DNA of 64,000 bases from Chlamydiia bacterium (GTDB lineage: Bacteria > Chlamydiota > Chlamydiia > Chlamydiales > RGXB01), in contig JBEIFH010000001.1 of NCBI GenBank assembly GCA_040382515.1, positions 32,001 to 96,000 on the forward strand. Reading direction: 5' to 3'. A program made the position numbers and the translations under genes. Shown in pieces: positions 48,361-57,635 of the stretch; the first letter of the stretch is position 1; each line of letters opens with the position of its first letter. The notes below the pieces were generated by a model. It did not search any database and was not told where the DNA came from. It saw only the letters and a list, made by a program, of their open reading frames with translations.

Positions 48361-49204
48361 TCTTGAGATCATCATGATGGGATATGCCCATTTTGACGGC
48401 GATTTTTTAAAAATGAAGGAAACATTGGATGCTAATCCCACCCACCCTCTCCACTCTTTCCCAAATGAGCGTTTAGAAGAGATTTTTTCTTTTATGGAGC
48501 GCTCCCCCCAGAATCTGCTTGATACCCTCCCCCAAAAAGCCAAAGAGGCGGTGGACGAAGCAAAAAGATTTTCCAAAAAAATGGAACAAACGATCCAGGA
48601 CCACCCCGATTCGATAGAGGCAAAAGTGAATGAACTTATATTCTACGTCGGAGAAAATCCTTTTTTATTGATAGATGACCTTGTCATGGAAGGTTCCGAA
48701 GCGCTCCTTGAGCTTTTGAAGGTTTTGAAAAACACCCATCTTTACGACCCTTTGTACCCAGGATATGGAAGAAGCATTCCCCGTATCGCCGATGCCCTTC
48801 AGGGAATCCAGGATAAAAAAGCGATCTCACCACTCTTTAATGCCCTGCTTGAACAAAATAGTCTCGCCGAAGATCCCCTTTTGGAAGCTCTCGTCTCGTT
48901 TGGTGAAGATGCACAACATTTTCTTTTAAAAATTCTTGAAGAGCGCCCCTTTTCCTTAAGATCCTCGTATGCTGCCAAAGCTCTCCATTTTCTTAAATCT
49001 GCAGATGTAGGATTTGCGGCTATCGACCTGCTTTGCGATAAAGAGATCTATAAACATCCCGGTTTGATCCTCTATCTCATCGCTCTTTTAGACGCACTGC
49101 CGGATGTGGAGCGCCCCTCCTTGATTGGGCAGCTTTTGGAAGAGACCCATTTTTCGTCGACCCACCGAAAAGAAATAGAAAGCTTTCTATTGCATCAATC
49201 CTAA
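48326..49204 (+). CDS. hypothetical alpha-helical (HEAT-like) protein
   Basis: 292-aa ORF overlapping the lipa end; IADALQGIQDKKAISPLF and LEALVSFGE HEAT-like segments. Confidence 0.7.
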   Translation: MQDRQPFTLAIDLEIIMMGYAHFDGDFLKMKETLDANPTHPLHSFPNERLEEIFSFMERSPQNLLDTLPQKAKEAVDEAKRFSKKMEQTIQDHPDSIEAKVNELIFYVGENPFLLIDDLVMEGSEALLELLKVLKNTHLYDPLYPGYGRSIPRIADALQGIQDKKAISPLFNALLEQNSLAEDPLLEALVSFGEDAQHFLLKILEERPFSLRSSYAAKALHFLKSADVGFAAIDLLCDKEIYKHPGLILYLIALLDALPDVERPSLIGQLLEETHFSSTHRKEIESFLLHQS

Positions 49205-49233
49205 AAATTTGCAACAGTTTTTATAGTTCCGTG

Positions 49234-49261
49234 TTGACAAATTTGTTCCATTCCATACAGT
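49234..49261 (+). promoter_or_regulatory. glgC promoter (possibly leaderless)
   Basis: TTGACA-16 bp-TACAGT, 6 nt before the ATG. Confidence 0.6.
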
Positions 49262-49267
49262 GAGGCA

Positions 49268-50497
49268 ATGGACCTCACCCTTATTATTCTTGCAGGCGGT
49301 AAAGGAGAAAGACTTAAACCTCTGACGCAACATGTCGCTAAACCGGCCGTCTCTTTTGCAGACATGCGAATTATTGACATCTCTTTATCCCATGCCATAA
49401 AGTCCCGACCAAAAGAGATCCTTATCATCACCCAATATCTTGCAGACACGATTGAAAACTACATTTATTCCCACTACCCGATCGATCCTAACGCAAATTA
49501 CAATCTCAGCCTTTTAAGCCCTCAGGAGGATTCCAACGGGAAACTCCTTTTTTATAATGGGACTGCAGATGCCATTCGGAAAAATCTCTCCCATTTAGTC
49601 CGTGCTAAAACGAAATATACGATGATCCTCTCTGGAGATCAGCTTTTCAATATGGACCTTTTTAAAGTTGTCGACTTGAGTGAAAAGCTCGATGCAGATC
49701 TAAGTATCTGCTGCCATCCGGTGACGAAAGAAGATGCCCCCCGTCTTGGGATTTTGAAGGTCAATGATTCTCATATCATCACAGATTTTCATGAGAAGCC
49801 ACAAGATCCGAAAACCCTAGATTCCCTTGCTTCGCTCTCTGGTGGCCGACCCTTTTTAGCCTCGATGGGTCTATATCTGTTCAAAACAGATGCCCTTATC
49901 AAACTTTTGACCTCAACTAAAGGGGACGATTTTGGAAAAGACCTCATCCCAAATTTGATCAAAAAAGGGGATGTAGGCGGATACATCTACGAACACTATT
50001 GGGAAGATATCGGAACTGTAAAATCCTATTTCGAAGCCTGCCTCCTTCTTGCTACCGGCAAATCGGGACTACGATTTGACGACCCAAACCACCCTATCCT
50101 CGTGCCGCCCCATTTCACAGCTCCGGCACAATTTTATTCAGCCCATATTGAAGAATCGATGGTGTGCCAGGGGGCAAGAATCGGGGGGGGAACCTCCATC
50201 AAATCTTCCCTCTGCGGTCCAAAATCCTGGATTGGTAAAAATTGTAAAATCGAACGTTCGTTAATAGTTGGACATCAGCCCTACAACACATCAAAATTTG
50301 ATACCTTCACAACAAAAATCCACGACAACTGCGTATTGAAAAATGCCCTTGTTGATGCGGAGACTATCCTTTATGAAGGGGTAAAGCTAGTAAATGAAAA
50401 ACATCTCGCTCAATACGAAGATACCTATATCATCCTTGTTGACGGTATTATCGTCACGAAAAGAGGGACCCATATCCCTAAAAATTATCACTTTTAA
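49268..50497 (+). CDS. glgC: glucose-1-phosphate adenylyltransferase
   Basis: LAGGKGERLKPLT..AKPAV, GTADAI, LSGDQL, FHEKP, ASMGLY.F, DFGKDLIP, YWEDIGT. Confidence 0.94.
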   Translation: MDLTLIILAGGKGERLKPLTQHVAKPAVSFADMRIIDISLSHAIKSRPKEILIITQYLADTIENYIYSHYPIDPNANYNLSLLSPQEDSNGKLLFYNGTADAIRKNLSHLVRAKTKYTMILSGDQLFNMDLFKVVDLSEKLDADLSICCHPVTKEDAPRLGILKVNDSHIITDFHEKPQDPKTLDSLASLSGGRPFLASMGLYLFKTDALIKLLTSTKGDDFGKDLIPNLIKKGDVGGYIYEHYWEDIGTVKSYFEACLLLATGKSGLRFDDPNHPILVPPHFTAPAQFYSAHIEESMVCQGARIGGGTSIKSSLCGPKSWIGKNCKIERSLIVGHQPYNTSKFDTFTTKIHDNCVLKNALVDAETILYEGVKLVNEKHLAQYEDTYIILVDGIIVTKRGTHIPKNYHF

Positions 50498-50741
50498 AAC
50501 TATGGGCCGAGTTTTCCTTTTTGTTCGCCTCTTACCCTGGTTCAAAATTTTTAGCTGAACCTGTTAAAAAAAACGCACACCCTTTTTATAGACTTGCTTC
50601 GATAGAACAAATAGGCGATTATTGTTCAAATTTTTGGCAGGAATTTTCTTGAACGTATCTGTCATTACAGCCGGAAACTTTAAGAAAAGAATGGCCCAAA
50701 ATAGACTTTTAATGATCCAATGAAGCTTCGAAAGAGGTCGT

Positions 50742-51482
50742 ATGAATATCTTTGCAATCGCTGACCTGCACCTGGCTCTTGGGGTGCCAAAAAAAAGGAT
50801 GGGCGATAAATGGCAAGTCTGGCTGAATCACGAACAAAAACTTTATGATAATTTCCATCGCGTTGTCGGTCCCGACGATTTAGTCCTAATCCCGGGCGAT
50901 ATTTCCTGGGCTATGACGCTTGAGGAGGCTAAACCCGATTTTGAATTTTTAAATCAGCTTCCGGGGAAAAAAGTACTTCTGAAAGGAAATCATGACTATT
51001 GGTGGCCATCGGATAAAAAGTTGACCGAATTTCTTGACCCCTCGATCACATTTATCAACAAAAATGCCCTCAAAATATTTGATGTATCGATCGGAGGGGC
51101 CCGATTATGGGATAATAACGAGATCAATTCCGAATCTATTATAGACTTTGTTCCAGGTACAAAACCCGAGATTAAACCCTTGACCGAGTTAGATAATAAA
51201 ACGTTTGCTACGGAATGTGAGCGTCTTGAAAGTAGCTTAGAAAAAATGCCTGAAGGGAAATTGCGGATAGCCCTCACCCATTACCCTCCGATTGAGCCGA
51301 CCATGGCCGGATCCAGGTTTTCCAACATGTTTGAGCGTTATGAGATCCAGCATGTTCTTTTCGGCCACATCCACAACGCAAAAAAAAACCCTCTATATGG
51401 AATCAAAAACAAAGTCCACTACCACCTGGTAGCTGCCGATTACCTCGACTTTTGCCCCAAACATATCGCCTTTTTGCCTTGA
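50742..51482 (+). CDS. calcineurin-like metallophosphoesterase
   Basis: ADLHL, PGDISWAM, KGNHDYWW, THYPP, FGHIH. Confidence 0.9.
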   Translation: MNIFAIADLHLALGVPKKRMGDKWQVWLNHEQKLYDNFHRVVGPDDLVLIPGDISWAMTLEEAKPDFEFLNQLPGKKVLLKGNHDYWWPSDKKLTEFLDPSITFINKNALKIFDVSIGGARLWDNNEINSESIIDFVPGTKPEIKPLTELDNKTFATECERLESSLEKMPEGKLRIALTHYPPIEPTMAGSRFSNMFERYEIQHVLFGHIHNAKKNPLYGIKNKVHYHLVAADYLDFCPKHIAFLP

Positions 51483-51512
51483 TGGAGCACGCCCTTTGAG
51501 GGGTACCCTTAT

Positions 51513-51542
51513 AAAAAAAAGGGCCTTTGAGGGCCCTTTTTT
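51513..51542. terminator. bidirectional Rho-independent terminator
   Basis: A8-GGGCC-loop-GGCCC-T6 between convergent genes. Confidence 0.85.
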
Positions 51543-51573
51543 GCTTCGTATTTTAAATCGACTTCGTCCTTTT

Positions 51574-52539
51574 TTAGGCACGCTCCACGATTTTTTTGAA
51601 ATGAGTACAACCTGCATCTTGTGGGTGGATGCGTCTCTTCTCATCAATCTGGGAGCGACTGTCAAGAATCTTTTTTATTTCGATGATCTCTCTTTGTCTG
51701 TCTTTGACCTCGAAAAACTCCTGAGCAATAGTCAGAAGTTCCACAAAATCGGCCTCGTCTTTTGAAATATCCACCGTATGGGAAAGCAGTTGGAAAAAGC
51801 GGTCGCTCTCCTCTTCTTTCAAAAGATGGAGTACCTCTAAAGAGAATTCAAAATCTTTTGTCTCACTTGCCGAATCGACAAGATTTTCAAGCCGGATTTC
51901 GTCATTCCCTTTAAGGTAGAATTCTAACAGTGAAAACCAGTAGGGCTTGGTGAGATAGTCAAAAAACAACTCTATAAATTCTTGCGCAAGGACCTCCTCG
52001 GAACGGTCTATGAGATCCGCAATAAAATCATAAAGGAACCCCTCCAGGTCGTAGGCAAAATATCGGGATACTCTCTCAAGGATTTCGGCCGGATTTTTGA
52101 CATTTGCAAGATTTTCTCTCAAAATATGATGCAATTGATGTAGATGGGTAACAATCTCGGACCAGTTTTTTCCTGAAGTCGCTTCATAGGTGTGGATGCA
52201 GCTATCCAAAAGATCGGCAAAAACCGAGAGGCTCCCCTTATCAGAAGCTTTCCTTTTAAATAACTCAAAAAGAATCAGGTAAACGGCCTCCACTTTTTCG
52301 GGGGAGTCTGTTTCTAAGGTAACAGCTTCCAGAAAATCTTCGGGGGTTTCGATCTCTTCCAAATATTTATTTAGATTCTTCCCGGTGACCGGCACTCTCA
52401 TTTCCTCTAAACGTTTAAAAAGATCCGCATCGGAAACATAAGAAAGGTCTTCAACCATCCACTTTTCATGGGGCGTGGACGGGTCCCAAACAACCTGGGC
52501 TTTTAAAAGGTTATAGTGTGCTTTGATCTCTTTTTTCAT
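51574..52539 (-). CDS. hypothetical acidic alpha-helical protein
   Basis: 321-aa ORF (YNLL..W.VED, ETPED, YLILFEL, DLEGFLYDFI) with no recognisable catalytic motif. Confidence 0.75.
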   Translation of the reverse strand: MKKEIKAHYNLLKAQVVWDPSTPHEKWMVEDLSYVSDADLFKRLEEMRVPVTGKNLNKYLEEIETPEDFLEAVTLETDSPEKVEAVYLILFELFKRKASDKGSLSVFADLLDSCIHTYEATSGKNWSEIVTHLHQLHHILRENLANVKNPAEILERVSRYFAYDLEGFLYDFIADLIDRSEEVLAQEFIELFFDYLTKPYWFSLLEFYLKGNDEIRLENLVDSASETKDFEFSLEVLHLLKEEESDRFFQLLSHTVDISKDEADFVELLTIAQEFFEVKDRQREIIEIKKILDSRSQIDEKRRIHPQDAGCTHFKKIVERA

Positions 52540-52587
52540 TCTATCTTTTGGTTAATCTCTCAAGTAGGCTATGATATTAACGATTCA

Positions 52588-52974
52588 GTGAAAAAGATCA
52601 AACGAAAATCCTTCCTGCTAGTAGAAGTCCTGATAGCCTTTTTGCTCGTAGCCCTCCTCCTTTCCTCATTGGTGCAAGTACCAAGCTCTCTTTATAAATC
52701 ATTGAAAATGAATCAAAAAAAACTCCATTTTTATCTGGAAAGAAAAATTTTTATCCACGATCTCATGCTCCATTTAGATCAAAAAAAAACCCTAAAAAAT
52801 GGGGAGACCATTCAGTTAAATAAAAAAAATTTTAGCCTCAGAGAAGGGCATATTTTTTTCAACCTGGACCCCGAGGACACCTTTTGCAAGCTAAAAATTT
52901 TTTTACACCTGATATCCGAAGATGGGGTTGAGGACGAAAGCGAAGCGACCTTGGTTGTTAAAACAAAAAAATAG
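52588..52974 (+). CDS. prepilin-like (type II secretion minor pseudopilin-like) protein
   Basis: Basic leader and class III signal KRKS|FLLVEVLIAFLLV; GTG start. Confidence 0.65.
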   Translation: MKKIKRKSFLLVEVLIAFLLVALLLSSLVQVPSSLYKSLKMNQKKLHFYLERKIFIHDLMLHLDQKKTLKNGETIQLNKKNFSLREGHIFFNLDPEDTFCKLKIFLHLISEDGVEDESEATLVVKTKK

Positions 52975-53109
52975 CCGGCTTAAAATCCACCCTAAAATTT
53001 TTGAAAAAACCGCTCAAGGTTTCTAGACCAACTTATTTGGATCTAAAGTGTAAGTTATTATCTCAAATAGCTTTGCAAATAAGCCCACTATTGATCTATG
53101 TAAGACATT

Positions 53110-54954
53110 ATGGAAGAACCTACATTTAAACCTTACATAAGTCCTGAACGGTCTACAAAAGAATTCACCCTGCGCGCGACAATACTTGGTGTCATTCTGG
53201 GATTTATTTTTGCGGTCGGAAACGCTTATTTAGGCCTTAAGATTGGTATGACCATATCGGCCTCGATCCCCGCAGCCGTTTTTTCCATGACCATCATGAA
53301 GCTTTTTTTTAAAGATGGGTTTATTTTAGAACACAATCTGGTGCAAACTATGGCCTCGGTTGGTGAGGCCGTCGCCGCCAGCGTGATCTTTGTTTTCCCC
53401 GCCTTTTTCTTTTTAGGGCTTACAATATCCTCGTTTGAAATCTTCCTTTTAATACTGATAGGAGGGATCACAGGTATCCTCTTCATGATTCCCATGAGAC
53501 GTTACATTATCGTCAAAGAGCACGGTAAGCTCTCTTTTCCGGAAGGGACTGCCTGTGCACAAATCCTGCGGGCGGGAGAAGAAAAAGAACATGATGGGGC
53601 CCTTTTGGCGGGAGCCGGTATTGCTATCGGGGCAATTTTCAAATTTTTTGTTTCCGGCATTCGGCTATTTCAGGAAAACATCAGGTTCGAGATTTTCAAA
53701 CCAAACGGCCTACTCTCTTTTGAGGCGACCCCCTCACTGGTTGGTGTCGGGTATATCATCGGGCCGCGGATTGCCGGTTTTATGTTTGCAGGCGGGTTGA
53801 TGGGTTGGTGGATCTTGATCCCCCTTATCACCACATTCGGCGGTAATAAGATCATCTACCCGGCGGACGTTGGGGTGAACATGTTAGGTCCGGAAGGGAT
53901 TTGGAGTAATTATATCCGTTACGTGGGTGCCGGCACGGTTGCTATCGGAGGACTATTTAGTCTGGTAAAAATTGCCCCGATTGCTGTCCGTACTTTATGC
54001 GAGGGTTTCAAGGATATTTTTAAGGGACTAAAGCACGATGCCGCTATTGTCCGTACCGATCGGGATATCCCGATAGGATTTCTCCTACTAGGCTCTATTG
54101 TCTCTATGTTCCTTATTTGGGCGCTCCCCCAATTTGGAATGAACGTGACGGCGACGGTTCTTACCGTGCTCCTCTCTTTCTTTTTTGTTGGGGTAGTTTC
54201 GATCACAGTGGGATTGGTTGGAAGCTCAACAAATCCCACGTCCGGGATGCTCATCACCTCTTTACTGATTAGTTGCACTCTTTTCTTTCTTCTTGGCTGG
54301 ACTGAAAAAATTTACCTTTCGATGAGCCTTACAATCGTAGCTTTCATCAGCGTTGCGATCTGCCTTGCTTCAGCGACATCCCAGGACTTAAAAACCGGTT
54401 TTCTTCTCGGCGCTACCCCAGCAAAACTGCAGCTTGCCGAAATGGTCGCCCTAATTTTGCCCGCTCTTATCATGGGTTCCGTCCTGAATCTTTTAAATGG
54501 GGCTTATGGACTGGGCTCTGCGGATCTTCCTGCCCCCCAAGCAACTCTTCTATCTATCATTGCAAAAGGGATTCTTAAAGGGGAACTCCCCTATATTTTT
54601 GTGATGATCGGCGTATTTTTGGGCTTGATTTTGGCATTTTTGAAGCTTCCGATCCTCCCCTTTGCGATAGGCCTATATCTCCCGCTTGATTTGTCCACAA
54701 CAATCATGGTAGGCGGATCTATTCGTGCTATCACAGAGCATTTTAAACGCTCGCCCCATAAGGGAATTTTAGCTGCATCGGGGCTTGTGGCGGGGGATGC
54801 CTGCATGGGTGTTCTGATTGCATTGTTCACTATAACAAACCTTTTGCCTGAAAATCCAATCGCCGTTTTTAACCAGGGGGCAAGCTTGGTCGCCCTTGCT
54901 TTTATCGCAGTTCTTCTTGGCTTGATGGCGATGCGTGGAGATAAAACACCGTAG
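53110..54954 (+). CDS. OPT-family oligopeptide/metal-chelate transporter
   Basis: NAYLGLKIGMTISASIPAAV, E.NLVQT, FPEGTACA, GSSTNP.SG, QDLKTGFLLGATP, PAPQA, FAIGLYLP. Confidence 0.95.
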   Translation: MEEPTFKPYISPERSTKEFTLRATILGVILGFIFAVGNAYLGLKIGMTISASIPAAVFSMTIMKLFFKDGFILEHNLVQTMASVGEAVAASVIFVFPAFFFLGLTISSFEIFLLILIGGITGILFMIPMRRYIIVKEHGKLSFPEGTACAQILRAGEEKEHDGALLAGAGIAIGAIFKFFVSGIRLFQENIRFEIFKPNGLLSFEATPSLVGVGYIIGPRIAGFMFAGGLMGWWILIPLITTFGGNKIIYPADVGVNMLGPEGIWSNYIRYVGAGTVAIGGLFSLVKIAPIAVRTLCEGFKDIFKGLKHDAAIVRTDRDIPIGFLLLGSIVSMFLIWALPQFGMNVTATVLTVLLSFFFVGVVSITVGLVGSSTNPTSGMLITSLLISCTLFFLLGWTEKIYLSMSLTIVAFISVAICLASATSQDLKTGFLLGATPAKLQLAEMVALILPALIMGSVLNLLNGAYGLGSADLPAPQATLLSIIAKGILKGELPYIFVMIGVFLGLILAFLKLPILPFAIGLYLPLDLSTTIMVGGSIRAITEHFKRSPHKGILAASGLVAGDACMGVLIALFTITNLLPENPIAVFNQGASLVALAFIAVLLGLMAMRGDKTP

Positions 54955-55107
54955 CGCCCACATTTTCTTGTTTGTCCTAAAAGCATAAGGGCGCCTATTA
55001 ACGGTTTATCAGGCTTGAAAAGCACCTAAAATTTTGGTTTTCTTTCGCCTGTTTTAAGCAAAAAATTGTGGGAAAATGGTTCGATTCGATCTATACTTAT
55101 TAGCCTG

Positions 55108-55695
55108 ATGGAATTTAAGACAAAATCCAAAAAAGGATTTAGCCTTGTAGAGGCCCTCATCTCCCTGCTCCTTTGCGGCACGATCATCTATGTTTTATCA
55201 AACTGGATCTGTTTTTTCAGTTTTTCATCAAAAAACGTGGAAAAGACCCTTTCTACATCGACAGAGCAAAACATCGTTTCATTGCAAAGAATGGCCCGTT
55301 TGATCGATTTTGTTGCGTCCCCTATCGAACTAGACTCTACTACCCTTAAATTTGCCTATTCCCCTTTAGGTCTAGAAGCAAAAGCCCACCCTTTGATCTT
55401 TGTGAAAATAACCGAACGCGATGCAGATCTTGTTTTAGAAAAGACCGATTCGGAAAACCAGATTTTGGAGAGCTTTGTTTTGATTGAAAAAGGGGGCAAC
55501 TTTTCGATTGGCCTTTTAGGGTTTCTTTTTCAAGAGAATAAAAAAACTTTTGTAGAAGTCGACACCTTAAGACCTAATCAAAATTTTATCCCTTATGCTT
55601 TCCGTTTCAAATCTCACAAAACCTCCTTTGACGTGAGCCTTCCCATACTCATCGATGAGTCCAGCGCTCTATCCCTTCATTTGGCACCTACTTGA
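55108..55695 (+). CDS. prepilin-like (pseudopilin) protein
   Basis: KSKKG|FSLVEALISLLL class III signal with Gly(-1), Phe(+1) and Glu(+5). Confidence 0.72.
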   Translation: MEFKTKSKKGFSLVEALISLLLCGTIIYVLSNWICFFSFSSKNVEKTLSTSTEQNIVSLQRMARLIDFVASPIELDSTTLKFAYSPLGLEAKAHPLIFVKITERDADLVLEKTDSENQILESFVLIEKGGNFSIGLLGFLFQENKKTFVEVDTLRPNQNFIPYAFRFKSHKTSFDVSLPILIDESSALSLHLAPT

Positions 55696-55705
55696 GGTAA
55701 ATGCT

Positions 55706-56641
55706 ATGCAGTTGATCCCATTTGTCCTATCCGTTTTCTTCATTCTCTCGATGCTGGCGCTCACACTGCAAAAAGAGGTGCGCCAAATGGTCCATTTTCA
55801 AGGGCGCGTTCAAGAGCACCTTTCGATAGACCAGGAATTTCTCAACGCTTCGGTGGATAGTTTTTTTGATTCTCTCCCACAGAAGAAAAAAAAGGGGGGG
55901 AAAGGTTCGTCAGGGGTCATAAAAACATTCCAAAATCATCGTCAAAAGGGGGTTCTTTTAAATGCGAGGCTCTACATAAAACCCCTTTTTTTAAAAAATG
56001 AACCGGTACTAAAAGAGGTGGCCTTCAAATTTCTTACCTCTTTATACCCAAGCTCCCTTGGGTTTGATCCAGAATCTCTACTGGAGGAAATTTTAGAAAA
56101 GGGATCCCTTCTGATCAAAGAACAGCCGGATATAGCCACCTTTTCGGTCTATGATCTACCGAACCCCTCCAGTCAACTCCTTAAAGCTCTTGAAGGGACT
56201 TGCGGCTATTGTTTTGGGAAAAAAAATGCCTATCCCCCATTAGGGGACTATTTAGAGCTCTATCATAAATCCCAAAGAAGCCCCATTTCGTCTACCTACG
56301 CCTCCCTTCCCCTTCTCACCGCAATTTTTGGTTGTGACGGAGCTCAAAAAGTTCTTGAGGAGGAGTCGAGACGATTTTTGGAATCGGATGGGAACTCCCC
56401 TTACTGCAACACTAAAGATCTAAAAGAGCTTTTTTCAACAAATCCTAAACAAGACCCGCGTGTATTCCAACTTCTATCGGATGGGCTCTTAAAGAGGAAT
56501 GCTAGCGATGGGGTGGAGCTAATCGTATTAGATCCTAAACTGCACCTTGAGGCTCGCGGTACGCTGCGTACATATCCGCTAAAGAAATCTGCTGCAATAA
56601 AGGAAGTTCCATCACAAATTCGGTCCACTCCTGGTGTTTAG
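55706..56641 (+). CDS. membrane-anchored protein, possibly a GspK-position pseudopilin partner
   Basis: GAGG Shine-Dalgarno, N-terminal TM, directly after a prepilin gene; product inferred from context. Confidence 0.55.
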   Translation: MQLIPFVLSVFFILSMLALTLQKEVRQMVHFQGRVQEHLSIDQEFLNASVDSFFDSLPQKKKKGGKGSSGVIKTFQNHRQKGVLLNARLYIKPLFLKNEPVLKEVAFKFLTSLYPSSLGFDPESLLEEILEKGSLLIKEQPDIATFSVYDLPNPSSQLLKALEGTCGYCFGKKNAYPPLGDYLELYHKSQRSPISSTYASLPLLTAIFGCDGAQKVLEEESRRFLESDGNSPYCNTKDLKELFSTNPKQDPRVFQLLSDGLLKRNASDGVELIVLDPKLHLEARGTLRTYPLKKSAAIKEVPSQIRSTPGV

Positions 56642-57392
56642 AATCCACCTTGATTGTCCCTTTATGATTTTCAACGATCTTTTTGACGATAGATAAACCC
56701 AATCCGGCACCCCCCAAACGGCGAGAGTGGGTCTTATCGACAGTATAAAACCGGTCAAAAAGGTGGGGTAGATCTTTTTGAGGAATCCCCATCCCCTCAT
56801 CTTTGACCCGAATCTTACAGCTAGTTTCGGTTACCTCTAGCCGGATCACGATCCTTGGCAATCCTTTGGAGTATTTCACAGCATTTTCCAACAGATTTCT
56901 CAATGCAAGTTCCAGCAAATCGGTGTTGGCCCAAATCCGAATCTTTTCATCCTTAAGGTATGTTTCGATCGTCGCTTGTTGGTGTAAAGAGATCAGGTTG
57001 TAACTCACCTCATCTACGATTTGAACCAGATCGCAATCTTCAAACCCCCCTTTCGGGCAGTTTTCAAGATCCGCAAGAATAAGAAGACTCTTTACTAAAG
57101 ACTCCATCCTCTCGCAGCTTCTTAACATCTTTGTTAAAATCTCATTGAAAAGGTCCTGCGAGATTTCAGGCATATCGCGCATCGTCTCCAAAAATCCTTT
57201 GATGATCGTGATCGGAGTGCGTAGTTCATGAGAGGCATTTGCTACAAAATCGCGCCCCACATCGAGTCGCTCCTGCCTTAAGACCATCCCCTCTTCTTTT
57301 CGTTGCATTAAAGACATCTTGAGCTGACGTCGAAGGTAAAAAGCCCAAGAAATACTTAAGCTACAGGCAACAGCTAAAAAAAAAGTGACCAT
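56535..57392 (-). CDS. PhoR-like sensor histidine kinase (HisKA plus HATPase_c), single TM
   Basis: DFVANASHELRTPIT.IKG (H box), NLLENAVKYS (N), DEGMGIP (G1), LFDRFY (F), GAGLGLSIVK (G2). Confidence 0.93.
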   Translation of the reverse strand: MVTFFLAVACSLSISWAFYLRRQLKMSLMQRKEEGMVLRQERLDVGRDFVANASHELRTPITIIKGFLETMRDMPEISQDLFNEILTKMLRSCERMESLVKSLLILADLENCPKGGFEDCDLVQIVDEVSYNLISLHQQATIETYLKDEKIRIWANTDLLELALRNLLENAVKYSKGLPRIVIRLEVTETSCKIRVKDEGMGIPQKDLPHLFDRFYTVDKTHSRRLGGAGLGLSIVKKIVENHKGTIKVDSKHQEWTEFVMELPLLQQISLADMYAAYREPQGAV

Positions 57393-57635
57393 ACGTGCGT
57401 ATTATACCAAGTAGAATTCTGTCGAAACTTTATTGGATCATTAATATACCATTTTTGGCATCTTTTTTCTTAAAAATTTCAGAACGTTTCTAGAAATAGT
57501 CTAGAGGGGATTTTTTGCCAAAAAAGTGCAGTAAAAAATAGATCGTTTTATCGATCCAAGCAAGTTTCCAAAAAGGGTCTATTAGATAAAATAGGTTCCG
57601 TGAAATGTTTTTTTAAAGACTCCTTCTACATTTTC

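Noticed and set aside
50498..50741. Short hairpins and a loose repeat (GTTCAAA-TTTTT-GC) between glgC and the phosphoesterase
   Set aside because: The stems are short and AT-rich, with no convincing ORF or overall fold.
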